Assembly (NCBI GenBank): GCA_951406725.2
Contig: OX597817.1
Coordinates: 94,116,001 to 94,180,000, forward strand
DNA length: 64,000 nt
Direction of reading: 5' to 3'
Origin: Octopus vulgaris
Lineage: Eukaryota
Positions 1 to 12,668 of this stretch are shown here, piece after piece. The notes below the pieces were generated by a model, which made no database searches, was not told the DNA's origin, and worked only from the letters and a program-made list of their open reading frames with translations. Position numbers and translations under genes: made by a program. The first letter of the stretch is position 1. The number at the start of each line of letters is the position of its first letter.

Positions 1-809
1 GATGCATTTGAAATTGTTCAAAATGTAAGCTTAGTCAAAATTAAACAAAACAACACTGATAAACATACACATGAATTCCGAGTTAGCGTTTATGGGTTAG
101 GAAAAGTTAATAATGCTGAAAATGAGAAACTATAAATGTGGGGATGAATAAAGAAATGTTTTATGAATCAAGCAGGTGAAACAATAACTTATAAACACAT
201 TGTGATTTACTCGAACAAAACGGCCGATTGTAAAAATTTATCCGACCTAAATATTCCAGTAGTAGGATTTTGTCAAAAAGAATATGTTCGCCTTCCACGG
301 TGCATGGATTTTAGGGATTATTATTGATCTCTTATGCTTTAGAAAGAATACTAAATTCAAAACGATACAGTATTGAATTTTCTTTTAATGTCCAAATGTA
401 CGAAACCAAACAAGTTTCTTTGCTTCTAAAAGAGATCAAGGAGAAATACTTGTGGGAATAAAATTTTGATTTAGATGGTTTTGAAGTCAAAGCTACATAA
501 AGGTAAAAGGTTTTGTTAATAGAAATTTAATATTGGCAGATGATTTTAGCCATAAAGTTTGATCTCTGAGAGCAATTATTATCTATAGTTCTGTTACTAT
601 TTCTGTTGTAAAATGGGTGTATTTACGCAACAGAGAGTCACTGTCACTTTGTGTGGTGACGCTGTTACAGTGATATACGTGGAATTGGGTCTCTAACAAA
701 AACCCACTGTTACCTTGTATTGTGTCTATTTTACAGCGGAGGCAAGTGTCCATCGACAGAGACCCATGTTTAGTGTCACTGCTATAGTGGTACAGATGTA
801 AGAGTATTT

Positions 810-854
810 TGAGAGAGAGAGAAAGAGAGAGAGAGAGAGAAAAAGAGAGAGAGA

Positions 855-890
<36 letters not shown>
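810..890. repeat. (GA)n microsatellite
   Basis: Direct reading of the sequence. Confidence 0.95.
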
Positions 891-894
<4 letters not shown>

Positions 895-1165
895 CTTTGA
901 GAGTGCTCGAAACAGAATTTGAACTTAGTTGCACTCGATAATCAAGAAAGCAGGATAAGGTTTCTGACGTCGATAATATACAAAATATAACAAAACTTTT
1001 TAAATTACAACAAAAAAATCTTCAGCTAACACGGATAAGGTTTATATTTACCCACCTACATATTAATAAATTCTCAGAACATGACGGAGATAGTAAACGA
1101 AAGATTTGTTTTTCAATATTCAATTGATGAAGTGGGTTCCTCCCACTGGTGTGATGTGTGACTAC

Positions 1166-1417
1166 TGTTGTACTGTAGTTGCTGTTTTACGCTAGTAGCC
1201 ACAATAGGTATTCGTTATCGGATGCCATTGTATCTCTTCGTACCGGAATAGTAATACACTAACTATCGCTGATAGATCCACAAGACACCGACTAGAACTG
1301 TCGATTCTCAACTCTTCGACTTTCGACCCTCTCTTGACGACCGCCTACTGGTCTATTTAGAATGGCTGCCTCCTAACACTTTTTACCGGGCGGAGTATAC
1401 GGTCTCACTATACAACA
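1166..1417 (-). mobile_element. Putative 3' LTR of a Gypsy retrotransposon
   Basis: On the minus strand the polypurine tract AAAAGGGGAGA (1428-1418) is followed directly by TGTTGTA (1417). A matching TACAACA end lies at 1172-1166. The distal end is uncertain and could extend towards ~890. Confidence 0.6.
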
Positions 1418-2487
1418 TCTCCCCTTTTAGTTATTTTAATTAATCAATTTCTTTTATTTACCCCACCTCCTCTTTTTTATTCACTCAATATCTTTTCTTC
1501 TTAGGGTCTACTTTTAAGGAATTCAGTGTACTTCCTTTTTCTTGTACGTGTGGTTTCGACTTCTTGAAACGGCGAAAAGTGTCATATAGCCAATCCATCT
1601 GTATTTTTACTCTTGTTGGTTCCTTTGTTATGACTCTTTTCTTAAGCTGATTTCTATATCTCTTTTCCATTTCATTTCCGCTTCTTACACCATATATCAT
1701 TCTTCCTATGTATGTTACTATTTCTCCTTCTTCCCAGTACCGCTTGCCATTTCTGTACATTCTTACATATATCTTATCACCGATTCTGAAGAATTTTGGC
1801 ATGTCTTTACTAGCACGTATTTTTTCTTCACTGGTAACAGTTTATCAAATACTGACTTCACCTTTCCGGCAAACATTATTTCTGCTGGCGAACTTTCTTC
1901 TGGTGTATTTGGGTTCGGAGTTAACCTGTATACCCTTGTTGGATCGCGACCTCGTCCATCGCTTCCTTATTAGCTTTCTTTAAAGCTCTCTTAAAACCGT
2001 TCAGCCCTTCCATTTACGGTGCTATAGCTTTATGTTCTAACGTGAACATCACCAATAATCTTTTAAACCTACGGGATACAAACTGTGTTCCGTTATCAGA
2101 GACAATTATATCAGCTCGTATAAGAAGCTTATTACCGTATATAAGGTTGATCGTTTATACCTCGCAACTCAAGCCATTTTGTTTAACAGTCAATTACTAT
2201 TACGTAATAATATCTATTTACCAGGCCTGCAAAATCGATATGCAATTGGGACCATGGTATTTTCACTTCCGGGCAAGGTTTACATTTTGTAGTAGGTAGT
2301 TTCGCTGCCAGCGCACATCCTCTGCAGCCTTTTACCAGGTTTTCAACTTACCTGTCCATGCTTGGCCAGTATACGAAACTTCGCATCAGCGCTTTCATTC
2401 TAGAGATCCTTGGGTGTCCCACATGAAACTCTTTTAGCATTCTCTGCTGTAATGTCTGTGGTATGACCACCCTCTTAGCATACATTA
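1418..2487 (-). pseudogene. Gypsy/Ty3 (K02A2.6/Mag-like) integrase, degraded
   Basis: The minus strand reads RVVIPQTLQQRMLKEFHVGHPRISRMKALMRSFVYWPSMD...CRGC (HHCC zinc finger) and PWSQLHIDFAG (first catalytic D). ORF 1485-1802 (FRIGDKIYVRMYRNGKRYWEEGEI) is the C-terminal domain. Stops and frameshifts are present. Confidence 0.9.
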
Positions 2488-5400
2488 GTGCACTATACTA
2501 GAGTACGCGCTCACACCTTGGTGGTTCTTTGCATCAGATTTTTCTTTATTTCCTTTTGTCAACCACAGTTTTCTTTTTGTCTCATTAATAAATTTGTCAT
2601 TTCTCATATTTCTTTGAAGATAATTATTTTTAAAATAATGATTGCAGAAAAAAAATTATTATGGAACAAATATTGTTGGATATAATATCGGATGCGTCAG
2701 AATCGTCGAATGATTCTTAATTTTCAAGTGAAGTGTTCCCAGCGCTGCCTGGTAATTCAAAAAATGAGAAAGCAAAGGAAAAACATTAATTTCACCCAAG
2801 TTACAGCTGCCAGTTCTAAGGCAGCTGAAGTAGATATTTCTGGATAAATTAAGTATTAAGGCCTTTGCAAGAAGGCCGGGAATAATGTAGTTCTAACTCT
2901 ACCTACTGATGTTTTACACATAACTAGGCAGAGAATCATTATTTGTAAATTTTTTAATATAAAGGAAAAAAGAATTGTGGCGGCAACTAACGTGCAAGTG
3001 AAGAAATGTTTACAACCGGTATGGAGAGAAACGTCATACGCTGGTAAAGGCAAAAGTTGTGCCACTGTGAAAGTACAGTTTCCCAGCGAGGAAATTGCTA
3101 GAAAGCACTCAACGGAGCCGTTAAAGTCACCTGAAGTTGTTTTCCTCCCCACTTATCTGGGAAAACGGACATCGAAAGTGAGAGTGGAAGAAATTCCACC
3201 AGAGGTAAATGTAGATTGGGTGATAGCCGCCTTTATCTTCATGTAAGAGGAAAAAATTAACATTTTACCGGCAAAGAAGTTCCCTACACACAGGAAAGGA
3301 GAATCTCTTGAAGTTTTGATTCAGGCTAAAACGGAAGACTTAGAAGAGATTCCAAATCAGATTATAATCAACGAAGGGGTCAGCATGAAGGTGATGGTAG
3401 GAGAAAGGAAACCGAGGTGTTTTAAATGAGGCCAGAAAGGCTACATTAGGACTTTCTGCCCACTTCCTACAACTAACCCTCCTCTACCGCAGTCACAATA
3501 ACAACCAAACCAACAGTAGCAGCGCCAAGCAAATCTTCAACAACAGACTTCGGTTGAAGCCTCAACTAAAACAGCAGAAGCAGCAATGGCAGCCAGGAAG
3601 CAGTCAGCAGTAACGGCAGTGGTGGTAGCGGCGACCAAGCCAGCAATGGCGGCGGTGGAGGCGACTAAGCAGTCAGCAACAACAGTAGTAGCAGTGAGCA
3701 AACCATCAGTAGCAGCAGCAACTGCAGAAACTACTGACGCACCAGAACAAACGCAGTGGACAGAAATCTCTTATACAAAAGGGAAAGATAAGAGGAGTTT
3801 CACAGATTTACTCAAGTGCAAACCGGTCAAAATCCACCCTACCCAGACACCACAAGCCACTCCATCGTCCACTCCTTTCCCCCAAAAATTCCCCGTGCAT
3901 CGCCCCAACCCTCATCGAAAAAACTCCTGGCCCTTCAACGCAGTCCACATCATCCATCCCGCGCCAAACGCCCCAGTCTACACCCCAAACCTCACCAATA
4001 AAAACTTGCCGGCTTTGTGCGGATCTATTTGACGAAGAATCTCTGTGTTTTACAGTAAAGATGCCTCCTTCAGAAAAGCACTTAAACAAATGAAACTAAA
4101 ATAAATAGACACAAAAATAGATACGCCAGTGAACTATCACTTTTTCAGAGTGCAACGAACATGGCACTTACAAGAACGTTACCCAAATTGAGTCGAGCAG
4201 TGGATCAAGGAGTTTCGGCCAAACATTTTTCAAAATTGGTTGAAATCTCACCACACCCCACAAGAGAAGAGAAAAGAGGGGAAAGGAACATGTAGTTCCC
4301 TTCCGAAGAAACATTAATTAAATTACAAGTATCCTTACGGCTTCTTTGAAAACTGGTTGTTTGAATGTGCGTAGTCTGGGTTCGGTCTGGAAGTAAAGCT
4401 GCCTCCTGGCCGAACTCCAGTCGCGTAATTTGGATGTTTTTGTCACCACAGAGACCTGAATGAGCAGTCTGCAGGCTTTCTCACTTCTCTTCAATGGCTA
4501 TGAGAAATTTATTTTTACATGCCAGCCTGGAGGAGGTGGGAGAGTGGCATTTCTGTTCAGGAGGAATCTAGAGCATATTATAAAGTCTATCTTTGTAGAT
4601 CTGGAAGGCAGGCTGGTCGTCCTAGCCGTGATATGTAACAGTGGGCAGGTTTTCAGGCTGGTGGGGGTCTATGCACCATGTAATGAAGGGCAGTCAGACT
4701 TCTTTAGATGCATGGAGACCTTTCTAGAGACATCTCGCACTCTAGTGGTGTTAGGTGACTTTAATACAATCCTCGATGCACGCGTGGATTGTGTTGGCTC
4801 GAACCCCCAACAGAGTAGGGAACCCTCGCCTCACAGATCTGCTTAGCAAGTTTCAGCTAGCAGATCGTTTCAAACTGGACTACTCGGATGCTCCACAGTG
4901 GACGTGGTTGAATAGCGGGGGTTCGTCCATATCTTATCTAGACAGGTTATTTGTCAGGACCAGAGACAACGATAACGTTAGTTGTCCACAGTTTGACATA
5001 CTCCTCTTCTCTGACCACATATTGCTGGTCAGCAGGGTGCACTTAGATAGAATGATTAGTCAGAGACCCAGGTGCTGGAAACACTGTGCAACAAATTTCA
5101 GGTTCAAAAAAGTACAAGTTAAGTAAGACTTGTTTCTGGGTCAAAAAATTGTCCTTATTCTAATTCAGACCATTATTTCTCCAGATTAGGCACCGTGTTC
5201 CTGTACTATTAACCATATGTTTTATGATATACTGCATAATATTGCGTATTGAACACAACATTTTTGAGTACTTTTTTGAGTGTTGCACAGTGAAACTCAA
5301 CAAGACGTTACTAGATTGTAAGGAGTACAGGAACCGGATTAAGAAACTTGTTATGAGGGTACTTACCGGTACCATTTTAAATAACAAAAGAACCATCAAA

Positions 5401-6376
5401 ATTCAGTCAATTAGATTTAGCAAGGAGCTAGCGGCTAGAAGGGTTAGAATAGAAGGGGATCTAGTTAAGGCGCTAGATGATGCATTGAGGGCAGGTTGTG
5501 CACCTAGAGTTTTGGTGGCGAGATTGGTGTTAGACCAACACCTCAATGCTAAACGTGAAAGGTGCATAGTCAGAGCTAAGCTTCGTGCAATGGGATGAGA
5601 AGAAATCAACATCGCCGATGGGCCCATGTGGTAGAGGCGCAGCGGGGCAACAATGTCACACTTGGGTCTTTGACGGATCAACACGAGTAGTTGGTGAAAG
5701 ATCACGATGAAATGTGCGAGGTTCTTCAGCAGCACTTCGCCCAGCTCTTGGGGGGAAGCGGCGCACCGGATCGTAGAAGGGATATTGCGGACTTCCTCAT
5801 CGGTGTGCTGCGACTCTCGGGGAGGGAAACGGTCAGTTGCAAAGGGCCGATCACAGCCGCGGAGGTGGAGGACGTCTTGGTCGTCTGTGCAAAGGAAAAA
5901 TCACCGGGAAGTGATGGTCTACCTTACGAGTTGTACACAACGATGCTAGGATTGTTTGGGCACCTACTGGCAGCAGAATGGGCATACACCCAGTTCTGTG
6001 AGCCGGGGCGTGGTAGTGCTGGTCAGTAAGGACCCAAACAAAGGGGACAGGCTAGATAATTTTAGGCCCATCCCTCTATTAAATGTAGAGTTGAAGATTT
6101 TGGCCAAAGTATTAGCGAAAAGGTTAAAGCAGGTCGTCGATGGACTTGTCGGGCAGGTGCAGACATGCGCTGTCCAGACAGGATCATCCACGACAATCTT
6201 CACTTATTCGATATACTATAGATAGAGCAAATAGAAGACCTGGTTTAGGTGGGGCTCTGGACCATTTAGACCAGTCATTCGGTAGGGTGGACCACCAATA
6301 CCTGGCGGCAGTCCTCAAAGCAGCCGGCTTTGGCCCAACCTTCCGTGGTTGGATCAAGGCTATTTATAGTAATGTA
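2488..6376 (+). mobile_element. L1/Tx1-clade LINE, degraded and 3'-truncated (ORF1 with zinc knuckle; ORF2 APE endonuclease and RT N-terminal part)
   Basis: ORF1 remnant has a degenerate CCHC knuckle RCFK*GQKGYIRTFCP (~3415-3465). Endonuclease motifs: VGVYAP, VLGDFN, SYLDR, SDH, WKLN. RT motifs: KSPGSDGLPYE, NFRPIPLLNVELKILAKVLA, LDQSFGRVDH. Confidence 0.88.
5082..5292. mobile_element. 211-bp MITE of the CMC (Chapaev/CACTA-like) superfamily inserted in the Tx1 ORF2
   Basis: TIRs CACTGTGCAACA (5082-5093) and TGTTGCACAGTG (5281-5292), with an inner TCAAAAAAGTAC repeat. The 3-bp TSD is AAA. Removing the element restores TGG AAA CTC AAC (WKLN). Confidence 0.85.
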
Positions 6377-7442
6377 AGTTTAGCTGATCTTGCTGAGTAA
6401 ATTTGACTTTTATGGGCAGGTAACTTTAATTAACAGGCGTAAAAGCAATAGCATTAAGGATAAACATTAAAATTGAAATTCTAAATGCATCTTTCCTGTT
6501 TGATTTGTTACTAAAATTATCCCAGATGTCAACCGACAAAATTTTTGCCACTTTTCAATATGAGGTACATTGATTTTAATTACTTAAAATACAGGTATAA
6601 TTTTAAAAGATTTTATTCTTTCGGTAAATATCTCGTAACTCGGTGTGGAATAATTTTTTCCATTTTTTGGGGGGTGCGTGGGTGCATTTAACGTATCTGA
6701 CCTCAAAACTCGCCGTAAGCCACTTTTTTCCGGAAAAGAAAGGTGGGAGGGGTGGTAGGGACCTCGAAGTTTTCCTCCAAAGAGGTTTATCTCGCGGGTA
6801 CATTTTTCTTTTCCAGGTTATTTTGCATGCTTTCAACGAATGTAAATCGAAATCGTGTGTAAACGACTCCTTTTTCAAAATAGGAAAAATTTGGCTGCTA
6901 TTTCTAGCATGCCCTGCTACCACGTAGGAGCTATTTGCGTTCATACCGAAATATTTACCAACTTTTTTTTCCATTTATTTTTCCCACTTTTTCGAAGTCA
7001 ATATTTTCTCTGTTGACATCCATCTCAGCGAGGTCACTGATCAAGTGGAAACATACTAATCACTGTTCTCTCTTGATAGGACGAAGAAATTTCCCGCTAT
7101 CTTTGCAAGCAACAAGCGGATGGATTTGGTTCGAAATTCAGGCAGGGCCAAACGAGGTTCTACAAGATATTTATAATAGTAAGTGGCGTTATATCAGGGT
7201 TGGAAGAATGACTCGTACAATATGCTGAAAAATAGGATCTGAAACATTAGAAACTTTTAGACGCCTACCGGTTTTTATGACATTTTCAGGTTAACAGATT
7301 GGAGTTAAAGGAAGCTAAATGTAACAGAAGTTAATTAGTCCGATAATGATTTTCAAAGTTAACTCAAAAGTTAAATTGTTAACGAAAATGTTAACTTCGT
7401 TACTTAACGATTAACGGATTAACGGACTTACGCACAGCTCTG
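6377..7442. mobile_element. Right part of a non-autonomous hAT-like element; second copy at 55108-56505
   Basis: High similarity to 55108-55715 and 56195-56505. It ends in GCACAGCTCTG (reverse complement CAGAGCTGTGC), matching the left end CAGAGGTGGGC at 54061. Subterminal GTTAAC/TTAACG repeats are present. Confidence 0.7.
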
Positions 7443-7674
7443 TATGTATGTATATATATATATATATATAAGTAGGTGAATGAATTATCCTATGTTTATT
7501 GTCAGCATGGAAAGTTCGTGTAACCGAAACCTGGGTAGCATATTCACGTCAGAAAACACGGTTGAAGCGACCTGTCAAGGGTAGAAACTCCGGGTTCATG
7601 TATAGAAATTTGTGTGTTGTATATGAATAAATGAAAGAATGGAGTCGAACGAAGATGTTAACAAAATTCCTTTA

Positions 7675-7756
7675 CTCTCGACACATGTTTCGAAGACAGC
7701 ATATTTTCATTCCGAAGGAATAAAGGGTGCATTATGCAATCTTCTCATCAGGAAAG
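7675..7756 (-). ncRNA. Type I hammerhead ribozyme motif (PLE-associated) with long branched stem II
   Basis: Minus strand: CTTTC-CTGATGA-GAAGA-(43 nt)-TCTTC-GAAAC-ATGT-GTC-GAGAG. The core CUGAUGA/GAAA/GUC is intact, and stems I and II pair. Confidence 0.75.
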
Positions 7757-8221
7757 AAAAGGAGCCTCTCTCGACAACAAGACAAACAAAAATTTCGATG
7801 ATTGCCTACATGGTAACCAAAGCGATAATGAGTGTTTTTTTTAAAAATCCGTTAGAAGCATTGACGTCAAAAATGGATAGTAGGAGGAAGTAAAGATAGG
7901 TAGGGGACAGTATGTTTGCTGCATGTATGGAAATGTGTGGTTGTGTGCTTGTGTTAATAAGTGCGTGTGTTTGTGTGTGTGTGTATGTGTGTGTGTATAT
8001 AACTGCATTTGTGTCTGTGTGTGTGATTGTGTGTGTGAGAGAGAGACAGACGTCAAAGATAGGTAGTAATAAGGGAAGATATAAAGGAGTAATAGGTAGG
8101 GAACAAGTGGAGAGGGAAGTATACGTTGATTGAAAGAATGTTCGAAGGCTTAGGGAAGAATTTCTCTATAGCAGTGGTATGGACGTGAAGCTAATTGTTA
8201 AAACCACAGTGACTATCGTTA

Positions 8222-8629
8222 TCATTTATATGAGCAGAAAGTGTGTTTCTGCCAATGTTTACATTTGTACGATTTTTCTATGAGTGTGTTTACTAGGGGA
8301 ACCTTAGCGAAAAGAATATGGAAGAGCTCAGAGTTACAAATGTTACAAAATCTCCTGCCATTATTAAAAGGAAAGGATACAGACAATATGAACCAATCCA
8401 ACTTGAAAACTATATTGTTGTCTTTAAGACGCCAAACTAATTTACTTAGCCCTGTACTATGTCGTTTTTTCCTATCCCTGAATGTCGAATAGTGGTTAGA
8501 AATTCTCTTGGATAACTGAGAAGTGGACGCTCCTATATAGAAGAAAACATCGGTACCGGAAGAAATTCTACACTGGTAAATGGAATTCTTAATTTTGGAA
8601 TTACTAGACAAAAAACGACAGGACGTCAC
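8222..8629 (-). CDS. Penelope-type GIY-YIG endonuclease domain (fragment)
   Basis: SIYQC...FYIGAST...RISNH...STGLSKLVWRLK...W.IL...CNICNSE...KCKH matches the PLE GIY-YIG/CCHH pattern. Confidence 0.85.
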   Translation of the reverse strand: MTSCRFLSSNSKIKNSIYQCRISSGTDVFFYIGASTSQLSKRISNHYSTFRDRKKRHSTGLSKLVWRLKDNNIVFKLDWFILSVSFPFNNGRRFCNICNSELFHILFAKVPLVNTLIEKSYKCKHWQKHTFCSYK

Positions 8630-8829
8630 AGACAGGTGTCTTTTCGACAGGACGGGTGAACTTGAGCTGGCGCATTAGAAAAATGCCTTGGGGCAGAGAA
8701 AAAAATGTGCCTAGCCTCGACGGCTGCTAACCACGATAAGGTCAGTTAGTCACGTGTGAGGAGAAGAGAGAGGAAAAGTGGGACAGATGAAGAGAGAAAA
8801 AAGGGAACAAGGAACAAAGGAGGAGGAGA

Positions 8830-8864
<35 letters not shown>

Positions 8865-9069
8865 AAAGAGACAGATCAAAGTGGAGTGCAAGTGTGAAAG
8901 GCAGAGAAATGTAGGAGAGTGGGGGAGAGAGAGACAGTGTTATAGAGTCGTACCAAGTTTAAAGAAAATATGTACTTACATACAAGACCAAAAAGGGTAC
9001 GGGCTCCGCTTATTGCCTGATCCTCTTATACTGCATTAATATTCCTCGCACTTTCCGCCGCGTTGTTGC

Positions 9070-9571
<502 letters not shown>

Positions 9572-9576
9572 AACGT

Positions 9577-9888
9577 GGAGGCGCAATGGCCCAGTGGTTA
9601 GGGCAGCGGATTCGCGATCGTAGGATTGCGGTTTCGATTCCCTGAGCGGGCGTTGTGAGTGTTTATTGAGCGAAAACACCTAAAAAAAGGCTCCACGAGG
9701 CTCCGGCAGGGGGTGGTGATCCCTGCTGTACTCTTTCACCACTCATTCTCCCACTCTTTCTTCTGTTGGCCTGCTCGCTTAGACAGCGGGGTGACGTCAT
9801 TCAAAAGGCTAAAACAATGCGAACGCATTGTGACCAGCGATGTGTAACAACATCTGATGGTCTGGTCGGTCACGTGATCACGTGATAT
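9577..9888 (+). mobile_element. tRNA-derived SINE
   Basis: A box TGGCCCAGTGG, B box GGTTTCGATTCC, and a short CACGTGAT-repeat tail inserted in TA-rich repeat. Confidence 0.8.
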
Positions 9889-9993
9889 ACATATACATAT
9901 ATATAAGTATATATATGTATATATATATGTATATATATATGTATATATACATATGAGTATATTTTTGTGTATTTGTCTGTACATACATATGTA

Positions 9994-11248
9994 TTGGGTC
10001 ATCTCATAAATAATGTGGTTTCTTTATACTTCTTTTATTTTTCAAAATTAAGATAAACAATATACTAAAGATATACTCACCTTCATTTTCTGCAATGCTC
10101 TTCCATCTATGTGGCAGACTTGCAAGGCCCCTCTTCCAAATTTCACTTGTCCCTGACGAAAAATACTCTTCCAGTATTGTTTTGACCCCGTCTACAGAAT
10201 TCATATTTTCTCCGTTCAAATGATTTTGAAGACTGTGGAATAAATGATAATCAGATGGAGCAAAGTGCAGCGAATATGGTGGGGCATGGTTTCCCATTCA
10301 AACTGCTCCAGCCTTTCGAATGTCATCCTTGCTGTATTTGACCGAGTATTATCCTGATGGAAGAACATCTTTCGTCTTGAAACTAAAGATGGTCGTTTTT
10401 CTTCTAGTGCTGACTTAAGCCGCTCAAACTGCTCACAGTAGATCTCCTTTGTTATAGCTTGGTTAGGGTTTAAAAGTTCAAAATGGACTAAACCTTTCAT
10501 ATCCCACCAAACAATTAACAACAACTTACGTGGGTGAAGATCTTTAGCCTGGGGTGCCGGTATTTATCCTTTTCGTACTCTCTGTCTTCGGCGTTTGACT
10601 TTTTTTATAAAGAACCCTTTTCTCGTCACCAGTCACTATTCGGTCCAAAAAAGGTTCATTTGTGAGACGTGACAGCGAAGAACACACATTCACTTTCTGC
10701 GCGCGATTAGACTCGGAAAGTTTGTAAGGAGCCCATTGATCCATTTTGCTGACTTTCCAGATGTTACACATGTGTAGATGAATGGTTGAATGGCAAATCC
10801 AAGCTTCTCTGCTAGTTTCTCAGCAGTTACGATGGGATTTTGTTCCACTTGGGTTTGCAGAACGTCCTCGTTCAGCTCTACAGATCTTTCAGGACGAGGC
10901 TCGGCATCTAGGCTGTAGTTTCCAGCTCGGAATTCTTGGAACCACCGTTGACACTGGCTTACGCTTATTGCCTGATCCTCTTATACTGCATTAATATTCC
11001 TCGCACTTTCCGCCGCGTTGTTGCCTTTATTGAACTCATAAAGCAAAATATGCCGAATGTGCTCCTTTGCCACTTCCATTATAGCTTTGAAAACAATAAC
11101 AATTAAAATCGAATTGCACTCTTCAAAACCTGCACTAAGAATTAGGACAAGGTAAAATAACTACCCGCTTTTATAAGTTGATGGAGGTGGTTTACCCCGA
11201 CCCATTATGTCTTTCATGCGATTGAAAAGACCGCATTATTTATGCGAT
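9994..11248 (-). mobile_element. mariner (DD34D) transposon with pseudogenised transposase
   Basis: Motifs WAPYKL (WVPHEL), RIVTGDEK, WWD, FHQDN and PPYSLHFAPSDYHLF (YSPDLAPSD). TIR cores ATCTCATAAATAATGTGGT and ACCGCATTATTTATGCGAT; the right end is eroded. Confidence 0.92.
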
Positions 11249-11311
11249 ATATATATATATACGTGTGTGTGTGTGTGTGTGTGTATGTATAATATATGTA
11301 TGTATGTATAT

Positions 11312-11685
11312 AGGTGCAGGCATGTTAGTGTGGTAATAAGTTTGCTTCGCAAACAGATGGCTCCGAGTTCAGTCCCACTGCATGGCACCTTGCAAAAGTG
11401 GCTTTTATATTAGCCTCTCGCTGACCAAAGTCATATGAGGAGATTTTGTAGCGGAAACTGAAAGAAGCCCGCCGTATATATGTATGTACGTGTGTGTGTA
11501 TTTGCGCGCGTGTGCTTGTATCTATATTTCGCTCTCACCAGCGCTTGATAACCGTTGCTGGTAAGTTCTCGTCCCCATAACCTAGCGGTTACAATACGTG
11601 CCAGGCTTATCAAAAAATTAAATACTGCGGCTAACATTCTTTAAAGCGAAACCCCAGCATGGGGCACTGCCTTGAAATAAGTAAC
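11312..11685 (+). mobile_element. tRNA-derived SINE (same family as 56777-57200), degraded
   Basis: GTGTGGTAATAAGTTTGCTT...GAGTTCAGTCCCACTG head, GGAAACTGAAAGAAGCCCG core and CCCCAGCATGG tail. Confidence 0.75.
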
Positions 11686-12193
11686 AGAATATGTACATAA
11701 TACATACACACATACATGCACACACATACATAGATACATTGGGACACCCTTCAGTCACGAATGACCATGAGATTGCACCTAGAAAGTTACCCTCCGAGGC
11801 ACAAGTCCGGGCAATGCACACACACACACACACACACACAGGTATATATATATAAAGTTAAATTTTCTTATAAAGTATGTTTTTAAGTATACTTTACAAT
11901 ATATGGATTAAATTAAATTATAGAAGGAACGCACCCAGGCAATCAATAACGATATCTTTTATCGACCTATTTATCTACCTATTTAACCTTGAATTTTTAA
12001 ATTTTGAACTCGCATCCGACATTTCATATAAACATCAAATTCTTAATCGATTCGAACAGTTGCTTTTGGAAGCCCTTACCTCGAATTTTTCTCTCTTTAT
12101 TTGTCACTCCTCCATTGGGTACCTGAACCAACGTACATCATGCATAGTTTTCACGTATGACTTTTACATGTAATTTTGTTCAATGATTTATAA

Positions 12194-12256
<63 letters not shown>

Positions 12257-12316
12257 TATTTCGTTGTGTGTTTAAAACTATGCTTTGGATGTGTTTCTTT
12301 CCATAATTTCCTTTAT

Positions 12317-12360
<44 letters not shown>

Positions 12361-12363
<3 letters not shown>

Positions 12364-12568
12364 CCTGTTACTCGGAGTTTCACGTTCCCGTTCGTCGGAC
12401 AGTTTTGTTAAAAACAGTTTTAACAAAACTGTCCGACGAACGGGAACGTGAAACTCCGAGTAACAGGTTATGTTGAATTTCTGCTGCTTTTAAATAAAGC
12501 ATATTACTCTACCCCTGATATTTGAGTACTCTTTTTTCCACCTTGTTTCACATTTATGTGTTTACTCC

Positions 12569-12572
<4 letters not shown>
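12361..12572 (+). mobile_element. PLE 3' end with a perfect 53-bp-arm fold-back and a minimal hammerhead
   Basis: 12361-12413 is the exact reverse complement of 12418-12470. Hammerhead-like CTGT-CCGACGA-ACG-GGAA-CGT-GAAAC-TCCGA-GTA-ACAG at 12429-12466. Downstream AATAAA and tail match the reverse complement of 22028-22135. Confidence 0.8.
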
Positions 12573-12626
<54 letters not shown>

Positions 12627-12637
12627 TATACATATAT

Positions 12638-12668
<31 letters not shown>

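Larger units (their letters stand above)
7468..9006 (-). mobile_element. Penelope-like element remnant (3' pseudo-LTR with hammerhead, GIY-YIG ORF)
   Basis: GIY-YIG ORF at 8222-8629 and a hammerhead motif at 7675-7756. The terminal part is similar to 53572-53783. Flanked by (TA)n. Confidence 0.8.

Noticed and set aside
5082-5112. RAG recombination-signal-like heptamer (CACTGTG/CACAGTG) plus A-rich nonamer
   Set aside because: The termini read CACTGTG rather than CACAGTG, the spacers are not 12/23, and the TSD is 3 bp rather than the 5 bp of Transib/RAG. A CMC-type MITE explains it better.
9577-9650. tRNA gene
   Set aside because: It has A and B boxes but no proper cloverleaf and continues into a SINE body. 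The same holds for 18500-18585, 51230-51320 and 56777-56850.
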